This document shows positions 49,991 to 64,000 of a stretch of DNA of 64,000 nt, one piece after another. The DNA lies in contig NW_024704743.1 in assembly GCF_018977255.1 (NCBI RefSeq), positions 46,936,001 through 47,000,000 on the forward strand, read 5' to 3'. The stretch comes from Callorhinchus milii. Taxonomy: Eukaryota. Every line of letters begins with the position of its first letter. Position 1 is the stretch's first letter. Made by a program: the position numbers and the translations under genes. The notes under the pieces were generated by a model. That model saw only the letters and a program-made list of their open reading frames with translations, was not told the origin of the DNA and did not search any database.

Positions 49991-52519
49991 GATTGCCATG
50001 TGCTGGCACAGGCACTTCTACTGGCAGCCTCCTGATGATGTGGGTGTATTATTACTGTATAACAATATAAAGGAACAAGGTGCAGCTTTGTGAAATTCTG
50101 CTCCAAAAATGTCTTATCAGGTTACAAGGCTTTAGCGGGTTAGAAAATCACAAGATTGGTTTGGATGAAAAAGCCCCTTTGGCTCGTCTGATCTCATTCC
50201 TCCAAAATACCATCCCTCCTTATCCCCACCATCACAGGATGCACAAAAGCAAAACATCTCATTCTGGTAGCCAAGCTTTGTGTATGAAATAAAGCAGCTC
50301 CTCACAATCATGACTCCTCTTGGCTTTGGGCACTATTTCCCCCCTTCCCTTCACTCAGATACATGGGATTAGCTAAGAAGGGTGCACCCTCCATTCCAAA
50401 CAAACTCTCAGCAGTTCAGGCTGGATACTTTAAAGCTTGGTGATGGGTTGCTGTGTGCGAGTCATACGTCCGTCTGGTCACCCGCCTCCAACTACATGCA
50501 CAATTTGTAAATAACAAGGTCATGACTGTTGACTCTCTTCACGTGATTCCACATGTTAATCTCCTAGCAAATTACCTGCAATTATCGTGTCTTATAGTCT
50601 TATAATCAGTAACCTTCGATATTTTTAAATTACATCCATTTTGAGAACAATGTTTTCTCACGGGTACTCATTCTGCTGATAAGATGACATAAACACGCAC
50701 GAGGCATATACATGGCCTTAAAATGCCTGAACTAGTTTACACCAGTTAAGCATCAATGGGTTTATCTTTGTTAGTTTTGCTGTTTGTTGTACAAAACTAA
50801 CAACTGAACCTTGCTGTGTAACCCTTTAATCACTGTGAACAGAGTTAAGGATAAAAGAGATAAAGGTTCACTTATAATAATAATACACTTATAGATGGTC
50901 TATACTTCAACTGTAAGCAATTTTGATGTTCACTTATCTCTAGGAGTTGAGATTACTTTGAGGTGGTATCAACGCAGTTCATAAATTCCAATGTTGATTT
51001 TATACAATTGAAAATGTTTATTAATAATAATAATCCTTGCATTTTTCCCACAAAATACAGTCATTCCACTTTATAGTATATCCTGCTTTAAGATGCATCA
51101 ACAATGTGCTAAGGCACTAAATCAAATGCAAGAATTATTATGATTGATATAAAATCTTATCATGTTGTAGAAATGTCTTAAAGCACTTCACAGGCCTTTA
51201 CTTTAAAGTGTAGTGACTACATACCACACAACCTAATGCCATACATAATAAAAAATAGTGTACTCGACTTAAAGGTTAAGGTGCTGTTCTCCCTTTGCAA
51301 ACATACTGAGGCAAGTAGTATTATTCTGTTTGTTGATATATATACCTTCAGGGCATTTTGTTTCCTGTGGTTGGTAAAACTTACTGGTAAAAGTCACCAT
51401 AGATCTTCTTATTAAGTAACTATGGTTGTGTGTTACATCTATTGCTGAAACAACTCTTGAGTTGAACAGGCTATTCCTGTGAGTGTTATTGTGAAATGTG
51501 CTACGGCCTTCAGAGACCTGAATACTCTCCCGTACTCATGTCTAGTGTAGTAAAATAGATTTTAAACTGGGATGTCTTTAGGTTCTAATTATATTTTTTA
51601 AAAATCCGTAAAACGGAATGCCATTTTTCACTTCTGAATAAGCAACTGCTAACAACTTAAGATACTATTCCCAGATAATAAGTTTTACATGGAGGTCCAG
51701 ATTGCAGCTTCATCCCAGCAAAGAAGATAAATATTTAATGGAAACAAAAGGAAAAGTGGCATCTCCCTCATTTTCTCACTCCATTGCCTGCGATTTTATT
51801 TGACCTCAGTTGTATTGGAATTTAATACCCGCTTTTGTTTTGCTAAACCTCTCAGTTACCTGTAGGTTGCAATGTTTCATGCCTGTTAATACCTCTTGGT
51901 GTATATAATCAGGTTTAGGTTCTCCCTAGTGTCATGTTTCTAGATATACCTTCTTCTGTTCTATTGAGGTTACTTCCAAGCCCATTGATTCAATTCTCAT
52001 AAAGGGTACTCATGAAATATTAACCCATCTCACTCTTTCAGAACCTAATTGACTCTCTGTGAATTTCCAGCATTTCAAATTTTAATTTAAGATCAACACA
52101 AGTATCTAGTAAGGGTGATGTTGCATTGAATAGAATATTAGAAGTCTCTTTAAATTCTGGAATAGAAGAAAGTTAACAGCATGAAAATACCTCAAATGTG
52201 ATACTTAGCACTAGAGAATCAAGGATTGAATTCCTAATACTAAGATTATGAAGAGATGAACTGTGAGATAAGTACCATAGTGATACATTATTTGTGGATA
52301 TGCTGTAGTGTGTAGTTCAGATGGTGCTTTTGCTATTGGGACAATTCAGATTGAATCTAACCTTATTTGTTATGAGGTTCTTGCATAGTGTAAAAAATCC
52401 TCTGATCTCCACATTAATCTTTCTTCAACAGCATCTTGGACCTCTTGCATGTGAATGGATGCAAACAGGAAAAAGTATAAAAAACGATGAGGAGAGTAAC
52501 TTACATTATTGTTCTACCC

Positions 52520-53300
52520 ATTCAGATAAGACGTTAAACTGAGGTCCTGTCTGGCTGTCCTGGCTGATCTCATGGCACTATTCAAAAACAGAAAGAAATT
52601 GCTCCTTGTGTCTGGCCAACAATGCCCCAAATAAAATTGGTCACTTAGTCCATGGTTGTTTGAGGGACATTACTGTGAGCAAATTGGCTGTTGTGTTCAG
52701 CCATAAAATACTCACCACTTTACCATTTCAAAACTTGTGAAGCATTTTGAGATGCCCCAATGACATGATAAGGCACTATATCAGATGCAAGAATTATTAC
52801 TATAAAACTGGAATGAATCTTGTGGCACTCTAGTGCAAATTACCTCTCTTCTGTAAAACCTGCATATAAAATAACATCTTTCATTCTTTCTCATTTCATT
52901 TTCCCTTCACCTATGTTATCACTTTAGAAGGTCCTGGGTTCAAGCCCCCCAATGAGACTTGGACTCATATAGTCTAAGCTGACACTCCACTGTAGTGCTG
53001 GGGTGTGTTGCATTGTCAGAGGTATCATCCTTCAGATGAGTCATAAAACCAAGGTCCCATCTGCCTGTTTAGGTAGATGCTAAAGTATTAAACAGAGAAA
53101 GGAATTTCTCCTGGTGTCCTGACCAACAATACCCCAAATAAAATGGGTCATTCATTTCATGGCTGTTTGTGTTCATTGCTATGCACAAATGGGCTGCTGT
53201 GTTCACTCAGTCACTACACTTCACGGTATATCCAGTGAAGTGCTTTGGGATGTCCTCCAGACATGAAAGGTTTTATACCAAATGCAAAGATTATTATTCT
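52520..53300 (+). mobile_element. Two neighbouring degraded SINEs (~52520-52800 and ~52925-53300)
   Basis: Deu-like core plus an L2-type tail ending CAAATGCAA..ATTATT in both. Confidence 0.7.
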
Positions 53301-54524
53301 ATTATCCTGTCTGGTTCTCATTCTCTCTTTAACATATTTCATGTTTTATGTATTTATTGTTCTTTATTCATCCATTTTTTCACTTTTCTTTTTAATTTCA
53401 AGGTTTGACATTGCCTTTTATTTTTATCATCTTGCACCTTTTATTTCTCATTTTCTGTAATATTCTCATTGTGACTATTCATCTGTGTTTTCTTGTCAAT
53501 TATTCTTACTTGTCTCTTTAGCATGTTTTCTTTTCCTTTTTTCTTCCTAATTACCATCTTATTCCAAAATCTATATATTCTCAGGCTTTATCTCTATGAA
53601 CCATAAATCTGGAATCAGTAGACCAACATGATTGCACTAGCTCCTGTCATTGAGGTACAGTTTTACATTACACAGCCAGTCTCTTATTCTGTTTGATTAA
53701 CAAAATCATTGACTATATTGCACTTTGCACTAGGTTTTAAACCAATTCTTGAAATCTTTTATTTAATATAATAGAAAATAAGGGCAGAACGGTCTCACAA
53801 ACAAAAATAATGCAGAATTGACCTGGTGTCTACTCAGACTCAATGTCTCTATAGCTCTGGAATCCTTTTTTATAGTTAATGTCAAACAATGATGTTTTGT
53901 AATAGATACTGTCATACACCTTGTCTTCTGTGGGCTTAGTATCTGACACAATAATTCCTGCCAAAATAATTCCTGCCTTATTGCCTACTGTGTAAATCCC
54001 TCTGGAATGTTTGTCCTAAATTATGAATATAATCTATCGCTTTAACAAATTCCCAGAGTGGGGAATAACACCATGTAAAAGCTGCAGGGAGATGACTTCA
54101 ATTAATTAGAAGTAGTTGTTCTCAAACTTTTCTTCATCCAATAATATTTAACACTTGTTAGGAAGAGGTATACCTTTAACATGAAATCTAATAGAATAGT
54201 GTGCAGAGCAATAACAATGAACACAAATTCAATTGTTCAGGGACCATGTAAAGGAAAAAAATATTGTCTAAATAAATTCAGCTAGTTTTGTGTTTAATAT
54301 TAATATACAGGGTATGAATAATTCAAAGTTTGAACATACCAATTTCCAGTGTCTGAAAACTAAAGATCCCAATCAAATCTGTACTTTTTGTTCCACCGGA
54401 ACAAAACAGGAGGAATTCAAAACTGAAGGACACTCAACTATAGTCAGATTAAAAATAAGGCCTTAAATCCTGATTGTGTATCAAACTTCATTGGTGGGAC
54501 ACAGGTCTGCTTGAAACTCTACTT

Positions 54525-54705
54525 TGTAACTCTCTCCCTCTATCCCTCCGCCTTGCCCCCTCCCTCCTCACATTCAAATCCCTCCTAAAGACCTTCCTTT
54601 TTGATCAGGCTTACGGTCACCTTCCCTCCTCCCTTTCCCCGTGGCTCGGGGTCAGACTCCAACACCTGTGTGAAAAACTCTATCTAAATGCATATGTTGT
54701 TGTTT
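54525..54705 (+). mobile_element. L2 3' end fragment
   Basis: NSLPLSLRLAPSLLTFKSLLKTFLFDQAY followed by a (TTG)n tail. Confidence 0.8.
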
Positions 54706-55367
54706 GTGTTTATCAGTCAGTAAATCAAAAACATTAAAAACTAAATCAATGCCATCAGCTCAATGGCTGCAGTTCCAAATTGCATTTCGTCTTTAAATTC
54801 AATAGAAAGTGTATTAAGTGTAAGCCACAAATTACAATTTGACACATCTCTGAATTGTAGTGAAATAGTAGGGAACACTGTCATTCTACTTTGGTGTAAA
54901 TGTGATACACTGTTGCGATGATTGTTTGTCATGATATTATTGAGATGACTTTTTTGGTGTCAATCAACAAAAAAAAAGGGTTTGTTTGGTTATATTAGAT
55001 GCTTGGATTTGAAGCTCTTTGGTTCTACTGTGTTGCAATACTTTAATTGTAATGTCATACAAGTTGTACAAATCTACATTTCACATGCATATCATATTGA
55101 TGAAATAAGAGAAGTTCACACACCAATCAAATCTATTTTTGGCAGATTCATGAAAATAATTTTATTAATAAGTAACATTTGCATAAATAAATATCACTGT
55201 GAAGGAAACACATAATAAATGCATCAAAGCACAGAATCAGAAGTGACAATTTGTCTTTCACTCTATTTTAGCAAGATTCAGCTATGTAACTCACAGATAT
55301 AACAGCGATATGGGGTCTTCACTTCACACATAACCTTACATTGCCATAATTTATCAGTAGAATTTGT

Positions 55368-55686
55368 GGAGTCCTAAGCTCAGTGGTTAGAGCACTCGCT
55401 TTGCAAGTGAGAGACCCAAGTTCAATTCCAGGCAGGTCAGGGCTAAACCTTGGGCAAGTTTCCTTACTCCACACACCTAATAATAATCCCTCCAAAACCA
55501 AAAACAATAATAAATGTCATTTTCGATCTACGACTTTGTGGGACATTGCTGTGCGCAATTGGCTGCCGCGTTTGCTCACAAATATACAGTCAATTCACTT
55601 TACAGTGTGTTCTGTGAAGTACTTTGGGACGTCCTCCCGACATGAAAAGCGCTATATCAAATGTAAGGATTATTATTATTACTATA
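55368..55686 (+). mobile_element. Full-length tRNA(Ala)-like SINE with L2-type tail
   Basis: Box A AGCTCAGTGG, anticodon-like TTTGCAA, box B GTTCAATTCC; tail TGTGAAGTACTTTGGGACGTCC...GCTATATCAAATGTAAGG(ATT)n. Confidence 0.88.
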
Positions 55687-56719
55687 TTAATGTACAGTAA
55701 TGTGTAGCATAATATAAGGCAAGGTAATATATTTATAAAGCACCCTTCACACATGGTAGTGTATTGGAGCACTGATCAATAATTATTATAATAATTACAA
55801 AGTAGAATTAAGATATTGTATTTAGTATTAGATTTTCGAAAAAAAGCATTATGTAGAAAATAATGGATATTGTGGCATGAGAACAGATCTGATGACTCAT
55901 GACGTTGCTATGACATATGACAAGTCATGAGATTGAAGCTGAAACTTTGTAGTGGTATCTATCTGAGCCTTGATATCAGAGGAGAGCCTTGAAGAATTTG
56001 TACTGTTGAGACATCCTTTTGACTTGAAAGGTGCTCTACCAAGGATTATTATTACTGTATATTTCTAATATTGTCTCAAAGGATTTTATTACATTTATCA
56101 GAATACTCAGTGATTTCCGGCTATTCTCTTTGACAATTGCTGTACATCACAAAATAATCATTGTTAACACTGTTAATGCAGACTAATTCAAAATTAACTG
56201 ACAGTTGTTTACAGGGAAATTCTGGGTCCAATAAAATAATATATTGCTATGTAGCTCAGTTTTATCCACATCAAAATTTGAACATCAGAGTACTTGTGTC
56301 TGCTGTAATCCATTGAGGATATTGCACAATGTACAACTGGGTCTATTTCATAAAGATATAAAATATACAGTCACTCCACTACAATAAACTTTTGTGAAAT
56401 GCCTCGAGATGTTTTGGTGGCATGGTTAGGCACCATGTCAAACACAAGGATTATCAATATGTATTAAAAATTACAATGCATAATTTACAGGAATCTCCCT
56501 CCCTCCTCTCCCGTTGTTAGTGTGGTGTGGGGTGAGGGAGCTGGGCAGTGGGTGGGTGGGGAGTCCAGGGTGTGAGGCGGGGGAGGCTGGGGGTCAGGGC
56601 CAGGCTGTGTGTGGGGGTTGCTGTGGGTAGTGGAGGGGTTGACGGACGGAGACAGGACCCTCATCACATCACAGGATCCCCACAACCCCAACCCCCAGGC
56701 TGTCTGTCTGTGACTGTCT

Positions 56720-57030
56720 GGAGTCCTGTAGCTCAATGGTTAGAGCACTCGCTTTGCAAGTGAGAGACCTGAGTTCAATTCCAGGCAGGGCGAAACCTTG
56801 GGCAAGTTTCTTTACTCCACACCCCTGATAATAATCCCTCCAAAACAATAATAATTGGTCATTTTCAATCTACGACTGTTTGTGGGACACTACTGTGCGC
56901 AATTGACTGCCGCATTCACCCACAAATCTACAGTCAATTCACTTTACAGTATATTCTGTGAAGCGCTTTGGGAATCTAGAAGACGTGAAAAGCACTATAT
57001 CAAATGCAAGAATGCAAGGATTATTATTAT
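56720..57030 (+). mobile_element. Full-length tRNA(Ala)-like SINE
   Basis: TAGCTCAATGGTTAGAGC...TTTGCAA...GAGTTCAATTCC; same body and (ATT)n tail as 55368. Confidence 0.88.
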
Positions 57031-58379
57031 AGAACAAATGGCAAGGAAATTTACCTTGCAAAATTTCTCATCGGTACAATAAATGCATTCAGAGAAAAAA
57101 AAACTACGCATGAAGTGTTTCAAAAGCAGTTGTTTTCCCCTTAGGGTTTATTTCTCATAGCATGATCAAGAACAGTTTTCTGAACCTCCAAGATTTGGAA
57201 ATATAGAAGATTGTCATTATGACAAATCGATTAGCTCATATTTCCTAAATGCTAGCACACAATTCTCATTCTTTTCCATTCTTGCTGCTGCAGGGCCAAT
57301 GCATTTATACCAGAACAAACTAACTCAGTTAAAAATAAAACACAGCATGTTACAATATACATAAGCCGATTTGTTTCTAAGGCTCTGTTTTTTATTAACA
57401 CCTCCACTAATTAAACCTAACTGAGAAAAATCACAAGACAGGATCAAGATATATGTACATTGTATAGGACTATATACACAGTATATACATGTATATGTGT
57501 GTGTCAGGAAACATGCTTATTTGTTTAAACACAAAAGGAAACTCAAAAAGTAAACAGCTGGTGTAGGGACAGAATAGTTATGCTGGGCGTGAACAGCTTT
57601 GCCAATTTCTTTAGTAAGATGCAAGGTTTCTGCTGAAAGGGTATTAGTGCCTCATACAGTCTCCATAGCATTCGTGGGGTGCCCTTGTTTTCTTTATCGT
57701 GGCAGGAGCTGCCTGGTGCAACGCTGATATGTCTCAGTGTTTGCACTGCCATAAAGTTCAATGTTGGGTCACGTGACTTGTGCCTACTCTGGTGGAAATG
57801 AAGTTGGTCATGCAACCAACCTCCTGTGAATAGCAGACATGGCAGATGTAAAAGGTTTATTAGAACTAATCCAAATTGATATACTGTAGAAAATACATGA
57901 CTGGAATGGACTTTGATAAAATGAATTTATACATAGCTTAGTCCTGTTTGTGAATAAAACAATGTATCTCTAATATTATGACCACAATCCTATCGTGCAC
58001 TGGCTCTATCCTTTGGTAACCTAATTAAGATCATTTAAAATTGACTGCTTCCATTCACACTGGAGTCAGGTCATATTTCTGTTCATGTGAAGCTCATGCT
58101 GTCTGAGACTAACGTGGAGGCATTGTGGATCAAGCTGAGCAGCATTGAGTGGATCTGTTATAGACCACCAAATAAAGTAGTGTCATTAGAATCACTTCAA
58201 GATGTTCTTTCTACATGAGAGGCTCTATATGAGTGCTCTTTCTTACTCCTGAGCTGCAACTTTTTTCGCTCACAAAATATATGGTCAATTCACTTTACGA
58301 TATAATCTGTGAAACGCTTTGATACTTCTAGATGCCTTTGAGAGAAACAAATTTGATTCAGTATGAGAGATGTTGCAAA

Positions 58380-59110
58380 AGAAACAAGCACAAAGGATGA
58401 GCATTGGAGTGTTATTTGGGCCAGTGGGAAACTATTTAGACAGGATGGGCTTCACATGAACAGAAATAATCCCAATGTCTTCATAAAAACAATAGATAGA
58501 GCAGTGGGAAATGATTTAAATTTGTAGAGTAGGGGTAGAAGGAAAAGCAAATTCATAAAGTAATAGAAAGGGAAATGAGAGCAGACTACTACTAGCGAAA
58601 ATAAAGAAAATGAGAACTAGAAGGATAAAGAGCAGATGTTATGGAACATTGGACGAGATGGTGAATGAAATAATAGTGCAGGCACTGATTCAACTTAAAC
58701 AAAGGCGGTGAATAGGGATATAGACATACAGTACTTCTACAGTAGGGAAAAATCAGTATGAAATGAGAGTAAAAGATTGTTCAAAATGGTGGAAATAAAT
58801 GTCATGATTTTTAGGAGTAAAATTGAAGATCTGGAAGTCTATACTTACAAAGAAGATTCTGACATAAAGAGCTCTATGGAGCCTTGAAGAAATAATGAGA
58901 TAGTGTGGGGAGGATGGAGGGAGGGTGGATTCTCCAGAACATAGACTCCTTTTCACAGATTGAAAGATAAACTAGAAGAGGGTATAGAACTTTTTTATGC
59001 GACGGTGGAGACGATAACAAAGTAGGCAAATTGATATTGTCTGAGACTAACGTGGAGGCATTGTGGATCAAGCTGAGCAGCATTGAACGGATCTGTGAAA
59101 GATCCAAATA
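58380..59110 (+). mobile_element. Old CR1 remnant spanning the ORF1 esterase end and ORF2 endonuclease start
   Basis: HWSVIWASGKLFRQDGLHMN (DGLHxN of the CR1 ORF1 SGNH domain) near 58403-58462; VEALWIKL near 59052. Confidence 0.62.
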
Positions 59111-60169
59111 AAGTAGTCATTAGAATCACTTCAAGATGTTCTTTCTACATGAGAGGCTCTAGATGAGTGCTTTTTGTTACTGCCGACCTGCAGCTTTTTT
59201 CGCTCACAAAATATATGGTCAATTCACTTTACGGTATATTCTGTGAAGCGCTTTGAGACGTCTCGAAGATGTGATAAGACGCTATATCAAATGTAAGAAT
59301 TATTATTATCATTTTTCTCAACCAAGGAAAGTGTACAAGGCTGCTAAAAAAAGTTTTCCTGAAATGTAAAATTATGGGTAGAATAGGGTCATAGGAATAC
59401 TTTAAACTTCTCTTACGTGGTTTCTTGCATTGCCTTTAATTTGTTTTTGAACAAAATGTTGTCAACCACTATCTGCACGAGGAAAATGATAACTTCCAAA
59501 AGCTCCTGTGATGCCCAAACTCCAGATTTTCCTCCTGCTGCTATTCATACACTGAACTTACTGATGGATTTAATTGTTAGAATCATGTATTCTGTAAAAA
59601 CAAATCAGGAAATATCAATTTAAATTAAGTAAGTTACACATGTTTTACTTGTGAAGATGAAACATGGGGAATGTGAAATGTGAGAAGATGATTATTACAT
59701 GTGATAATTAAAGCAGCACATACTACATTCCCTCCTCCAACCCCACCCTCTCTTCAAAACTGCAAATTAGCTCATCATACCATGCACCTTTCATGTATTC
59801 TGCTTGTGATCTGCAACAGTTGTTATAGCACTTACACACACACCTGTGGAGACCAAGGATCAATAGAAACCATTGGAACAATTTAGAACAGTTTAGACCA
59901 AAGTTGCTGCATTTTAATGAACTATTGTATGAATGAATCAATCAATGAATCATTTGAATCAATGCACCAATACCTCAGTCACTACACTCTACAGTAAAAT
60001 CCTGTGAAATGCTTTGAGACATTGCAGAGATGTGATAAGGTGCTATATCAAATGTAAGGATTACTCTTATACATTTCAAGACTCTTCACAATAATTTGAC
60101 AAGTGTAGTGACTGATTTTTATAGCCAACCGCAGGTACTTTCAACATGTTGGATCTTCATAATCCTGGT

Positions 60170-60600
60170 AATATAATCCTAGCATTTGATATAGCACCTT
60201 ATCACAACATCTTAAAGCATTTCACAGGATTTTTACTGTGTAGTATAGTGACTGTATTTATAGGCAAATGCTGCAGTCAATTTTCTGCATAGCGACTTCC
60301 TACAACAGCCATGAAGAGAATGATCAATTTTATCTGGAGGATTTTTGGCCAAGACACTGGGAGAAACTCTCTTGTACTTTCAAAAACTGACATTGGATCT
60401 TTAACATCCACTTGAACAGGCAGACAGGTCCTCAGTTTAACGCTACAAACAAAGTACAGTACATACAATACAAAATTACATTTGTATAGCACCTTTCACA
60501 TCGGAAGGACATTCCAAGGCGCTGGACAGTCAGGGATTTGACTGTCTGACAATGTAACACTCCTCCAGCACTGCATGTGAGTGTCAGTCTAAAATTGGAA
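60170..60600 (-). mobile_element. Deu-type SINE with a short L2-tail insert (~60445-60530)
   Basis: GGATCTTTAACATCCACTTGAACAGGCAGACAGGTCCTCAGTTTAACG core in reverse orientation; tail at 60170-60240. Confidence 0.65.
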
Positions 60601-62904
60601 TAATTTGATGAGTAGAAATATTCACACAAACTTTTATTGAAAAGTTGCATAGACCAGTCAATAAGTTAGTTAATGTATTGATTGATTTTGGCACAGCAGC
60701 ATAATGGTCCTCAAAGGGTTAAGTAATGCACATATATTTAAAAAATTGGTAACCATGAAATCACCAACAATTACAATAGCAAACTTGGAATATCATGCCT
60801 CAGAATCTCTCACACATTTCCTTTCTGGAATAACTTTTGTTACAATGCCAAGTTCTCAAGGACACAATGTACCAGTGTACTCCTATTAAAGGTATAACTG
60901 TAGCCAATCGCTTATACACTCATTGGCTGTACACATTCAAGTAGAACAAACACAAAGTAATACACAGCACAAACATTTCAAAACATTCTTTTCAATAGTT
61001 CAATAATGAGACCATTTATTTGGAGATATAGTAGCATGTCTTGCATTTTAAAGACATAAAAGACTTCGCTGAAATCACGTTTACCAGGGCAAAGCACAGA
61101 AGCAAATCGTACCCCACACTTGGAATATATTAGAAATAGCAAAGACTCAGCAACATATCTGAAGTGATTCTCAACTGCCCTATTCAATATCCTGACTCCA
61201 TTCCTGACACTAGCAATGTTTGCTATTGTGAAATATGGGCTTGAAATGCAGAACAATATATTTTAAACAGAACAGTATACATCAATAAACACTAAACAGA
61301 AAAGAGGATCTTGACAAGGGATGAAGAGGGAACTAATTTGGCTTTTAAAAAGATACAGTTAATAGAAGTTAAGACCATTGTGATATAGATGATCATGATT
61401 ATTAAAACATGGCTACTCACTTCATTCCTATTGCTGTGCACAATTGACTGGTGTTCAAGTACAAATGTACAATCACTGCACTTTACACAAAAACTCAATA
61501 AAGCACTTCCAGATGTTTCAATGTGATTAGGCATTATATCAAATACAGTGAATATTACCCTAGAGCTTATTCTACGCTAAATATTGAATAATGTAATAAT
61601 TCTTAAACTGTGTGTCAGTGCAGGTAACTGAAAATATTTGCTTTTCATTGCCTCTGTATTCTTAGCATAGAATCTGTATTATATCTTTACTTTTTCATCC
61701 TATCTGAACACGGTATAATGTATGTGATGTAATTTGTCCTTCCTATACTCTTCAATTATCAGTAACTGTATAGACACTGGACTTCCCCAGTAAACAAGGC
61801 TTTTATTATGCACATTTACTTTGCTCAGATTCACACGCACAATTAAGTCACACTTCCTAGCAACCTACAGAGCACAAAATTAATATTTGGTGAATACTAT
61901 TTGAATGGATTAAGAACCAAAATATTTGCATAATTTCATATGTAAACATTACAAACAGGCATATATATGTTCTTTTCAGTTCTCACATAAAATTATGTAT
62001 TTGATTCTGATGTTTATGGGAAAAATCCATCATCTAGCAAACTCTTGAATGAAAACCATCAATTACTTCACCAAAACATAAAATATTCATTTATTACTCT
62101 GACACTTATTAGTACAATGTAAGGATTATTTATTATTATCTCAATAGGCTGTTGGACATCCTTCCGACGCGAAAGGCACTATTCTAATGTAATTTGTTGT
62201 TGTTGTTAATTATGCCAATCCAATAATTAATATCATTATTTAAAAGTACTGACAGCCTCAGTGCTGCAATAAAACTGCAATTGTTATCCTCTTTTTTGAT
62301 ATTCAAGGTGATTGTTTTGGATAGCGTTTGGATTGTCAAAACTTTTCAAATCCATGTTTTAAATTACAGCATTCACTTTATCTAAATACCCATTTCTGTT
62401 TCTTGACTCTTCATTGTATTCTGATCGGATCATCCATTCCATTCTCTGTTGAGTCTGGGTGAATACATTCATAAGTCTGTCAAGCTTTACCCAGATATCA
62501 GTGAATATCAGTGAATACTGCTGTTTACTTCAGTAAAATTTAAATAGAAAGCCTTCATCTCATGTAATTATGTTGCTCTGTTGTAGCAACTGTAGAAATT
62601 TAATTTATTTTAAATTTAATACAGAAATACTGTTAATTGTGAATACTCATGAGAGAAAGGTTTTTTGTGTTACCATAACATTTGCCATTAGAGAATTCCA
62701 AAAGTAAAGTAGCTGTAAATATATACATATTGAAGAGTTTTCAATTCCTATAAGAATTAATGGACGGAATGGCCTTCTTCTATGCTATAAATTTATATGG
62801 TTCTAATGCAGCAATATAGATAAAATGGTCATGTCAGCTTACAATGTATTCTGCTTCTGGAATGCCTGTCAGCATTGCATAAATTAAGACATTTGTACCA
62901 TTTG

Positions 62905-62970
62905 AAAACAACAACAAGATTACATTTGTATAGCGCCTTTCACGTCGGGATGACGTCCCAAGGTGCTGAA
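62905..62970 (-). mobile_element. Isolated L2 3' tail
   Basis: AACAACAACAAGATT...AGCGCCTTTCACGTCGGGA..ACGTCCCAAGG matches the module F tail. Confidence 0.75.
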
Positions 62971-64000
62971 AAAGTGGCATAATTTGTGTGAATAAACTGA
63001 ATTCTGCAATATTAAAATATTGCTGTTAACATAAATAGCAAGATAACAACATAATATGCAATGCACACACAGCACTGAATATTATAGTGATTGCACTGGG
63101 TCCAAACCTAATATAAGAGGCCATAATAATATAAGCGTGTTTCTCACGCACTTGCTAATTTCTACTCAGGTATAGATCTATGATCCAGAAGGCCATCTTG
63201 GAAAACATGCTCTTTCTGGATAGTGTTCAACTCGAATGGCATTTGTGTCTACTTACACATGGGCATTGATTTTACTGCTATGTGAAAACATCAACATTTA
63301 GCAATTTTGAATGCAAATAGACATCGCATAAAATTGGGAGGTAAAGAATTCCTTTCAAATTTAACCAGACATGAAAATTTACAGAGGAACCAGCTGTGAA
63401 CTTTTCCAAGATCAATTAGGATTATTATTTTAAAAAGCATACCTTATGGATTTTGGAATGAAAACCTAGTGCAATAGCACATGCAGTGTTGCAAATGACA
63501 GGAGAGAGACCCCATTCAAAATTTTGTCTGCCCACACATTTGCTTGGGACTTGAGAAGCTACATACCATATACGAGATTGAACTCATTTACATGTAAAGT
63601 ACAGCCATAAAATGAAGGATAAAAATTTGCACTGATCTGTGTGATTGCACTTGGGAGACAGATTTGATAACTCGCTCACTTATCTCAACTGCCAATATAT
63701 GACAAGTCCCCAGGAAGAGCTTCCAACCAGGTAGAACTTTCTTCCCCTCCTGTCTGCAGTCGCAATATTCAGTGTAACGTTGTCTAAAGATAAATATTTA
63801 TCCGATCTGTCTAAATGTGGAAACACAGCAACCGTTGGCGGCTATTGATCCCCAGGCATCACTTTGCTTTTACACTACCTGGTTGGCTTAAGTTACCTGA
63901 CCTGACGGCCAACCTGAAGTGAGTGATCGACAGTAAAATCAGCATCACCTTCATAACAGGACATGGTGTTTAGAGTTAAATTGAAACCCGACGCAAATAT

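Noticed and set aside
56720..56795. tRNA-Ala(TGC) gene (also 55368)
   Set aside because: Poor acceptor stem and direct continuation into a SINE body and (ATT)n tail.
57543..57815. 90-aa minus-strand ORF and other short ORFs in 43-64 kb
   Set aside because: No recognisable domain or consistent splice structure; lengths are as expected by chance.

Overview
Eukaryotic, repeat-rich DNA with no recognisable intact host gene. The content (L2 and CR1 LINEs, tRNA-headed SINEs with L2-type tails, Deu-domain-like SINEs, a hAT remnant) points to a vertebrate, most plausibly a cartilaginous fish; the taxon is an inference. Bases 1-42002 form a nested tandem-duplication domain. It holds three near-identical ~2.57 kb L2/CR1/unique cassettes separated by arrays of the 12-mer (CCCAATCTTGGG)n, one truncated cassette, and two large related units (~13.9 kb and ~17.5 kb) containing five copies of a ~3.5 kb module. 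One family of 12-mers (about TCTTGG-R-N-CCC-N), always in the same orientation, sits at many module junctions and exactly at the border with single-copy DNA (41889-42002). The most expanded variant is the one that is almost perfectly palindromic. Bases 42003-64000 are mostly single-copy AT-rich DNA with old transposon fragments and one weak exon candidate. Repeat boundaries were read by eye and are approximate.
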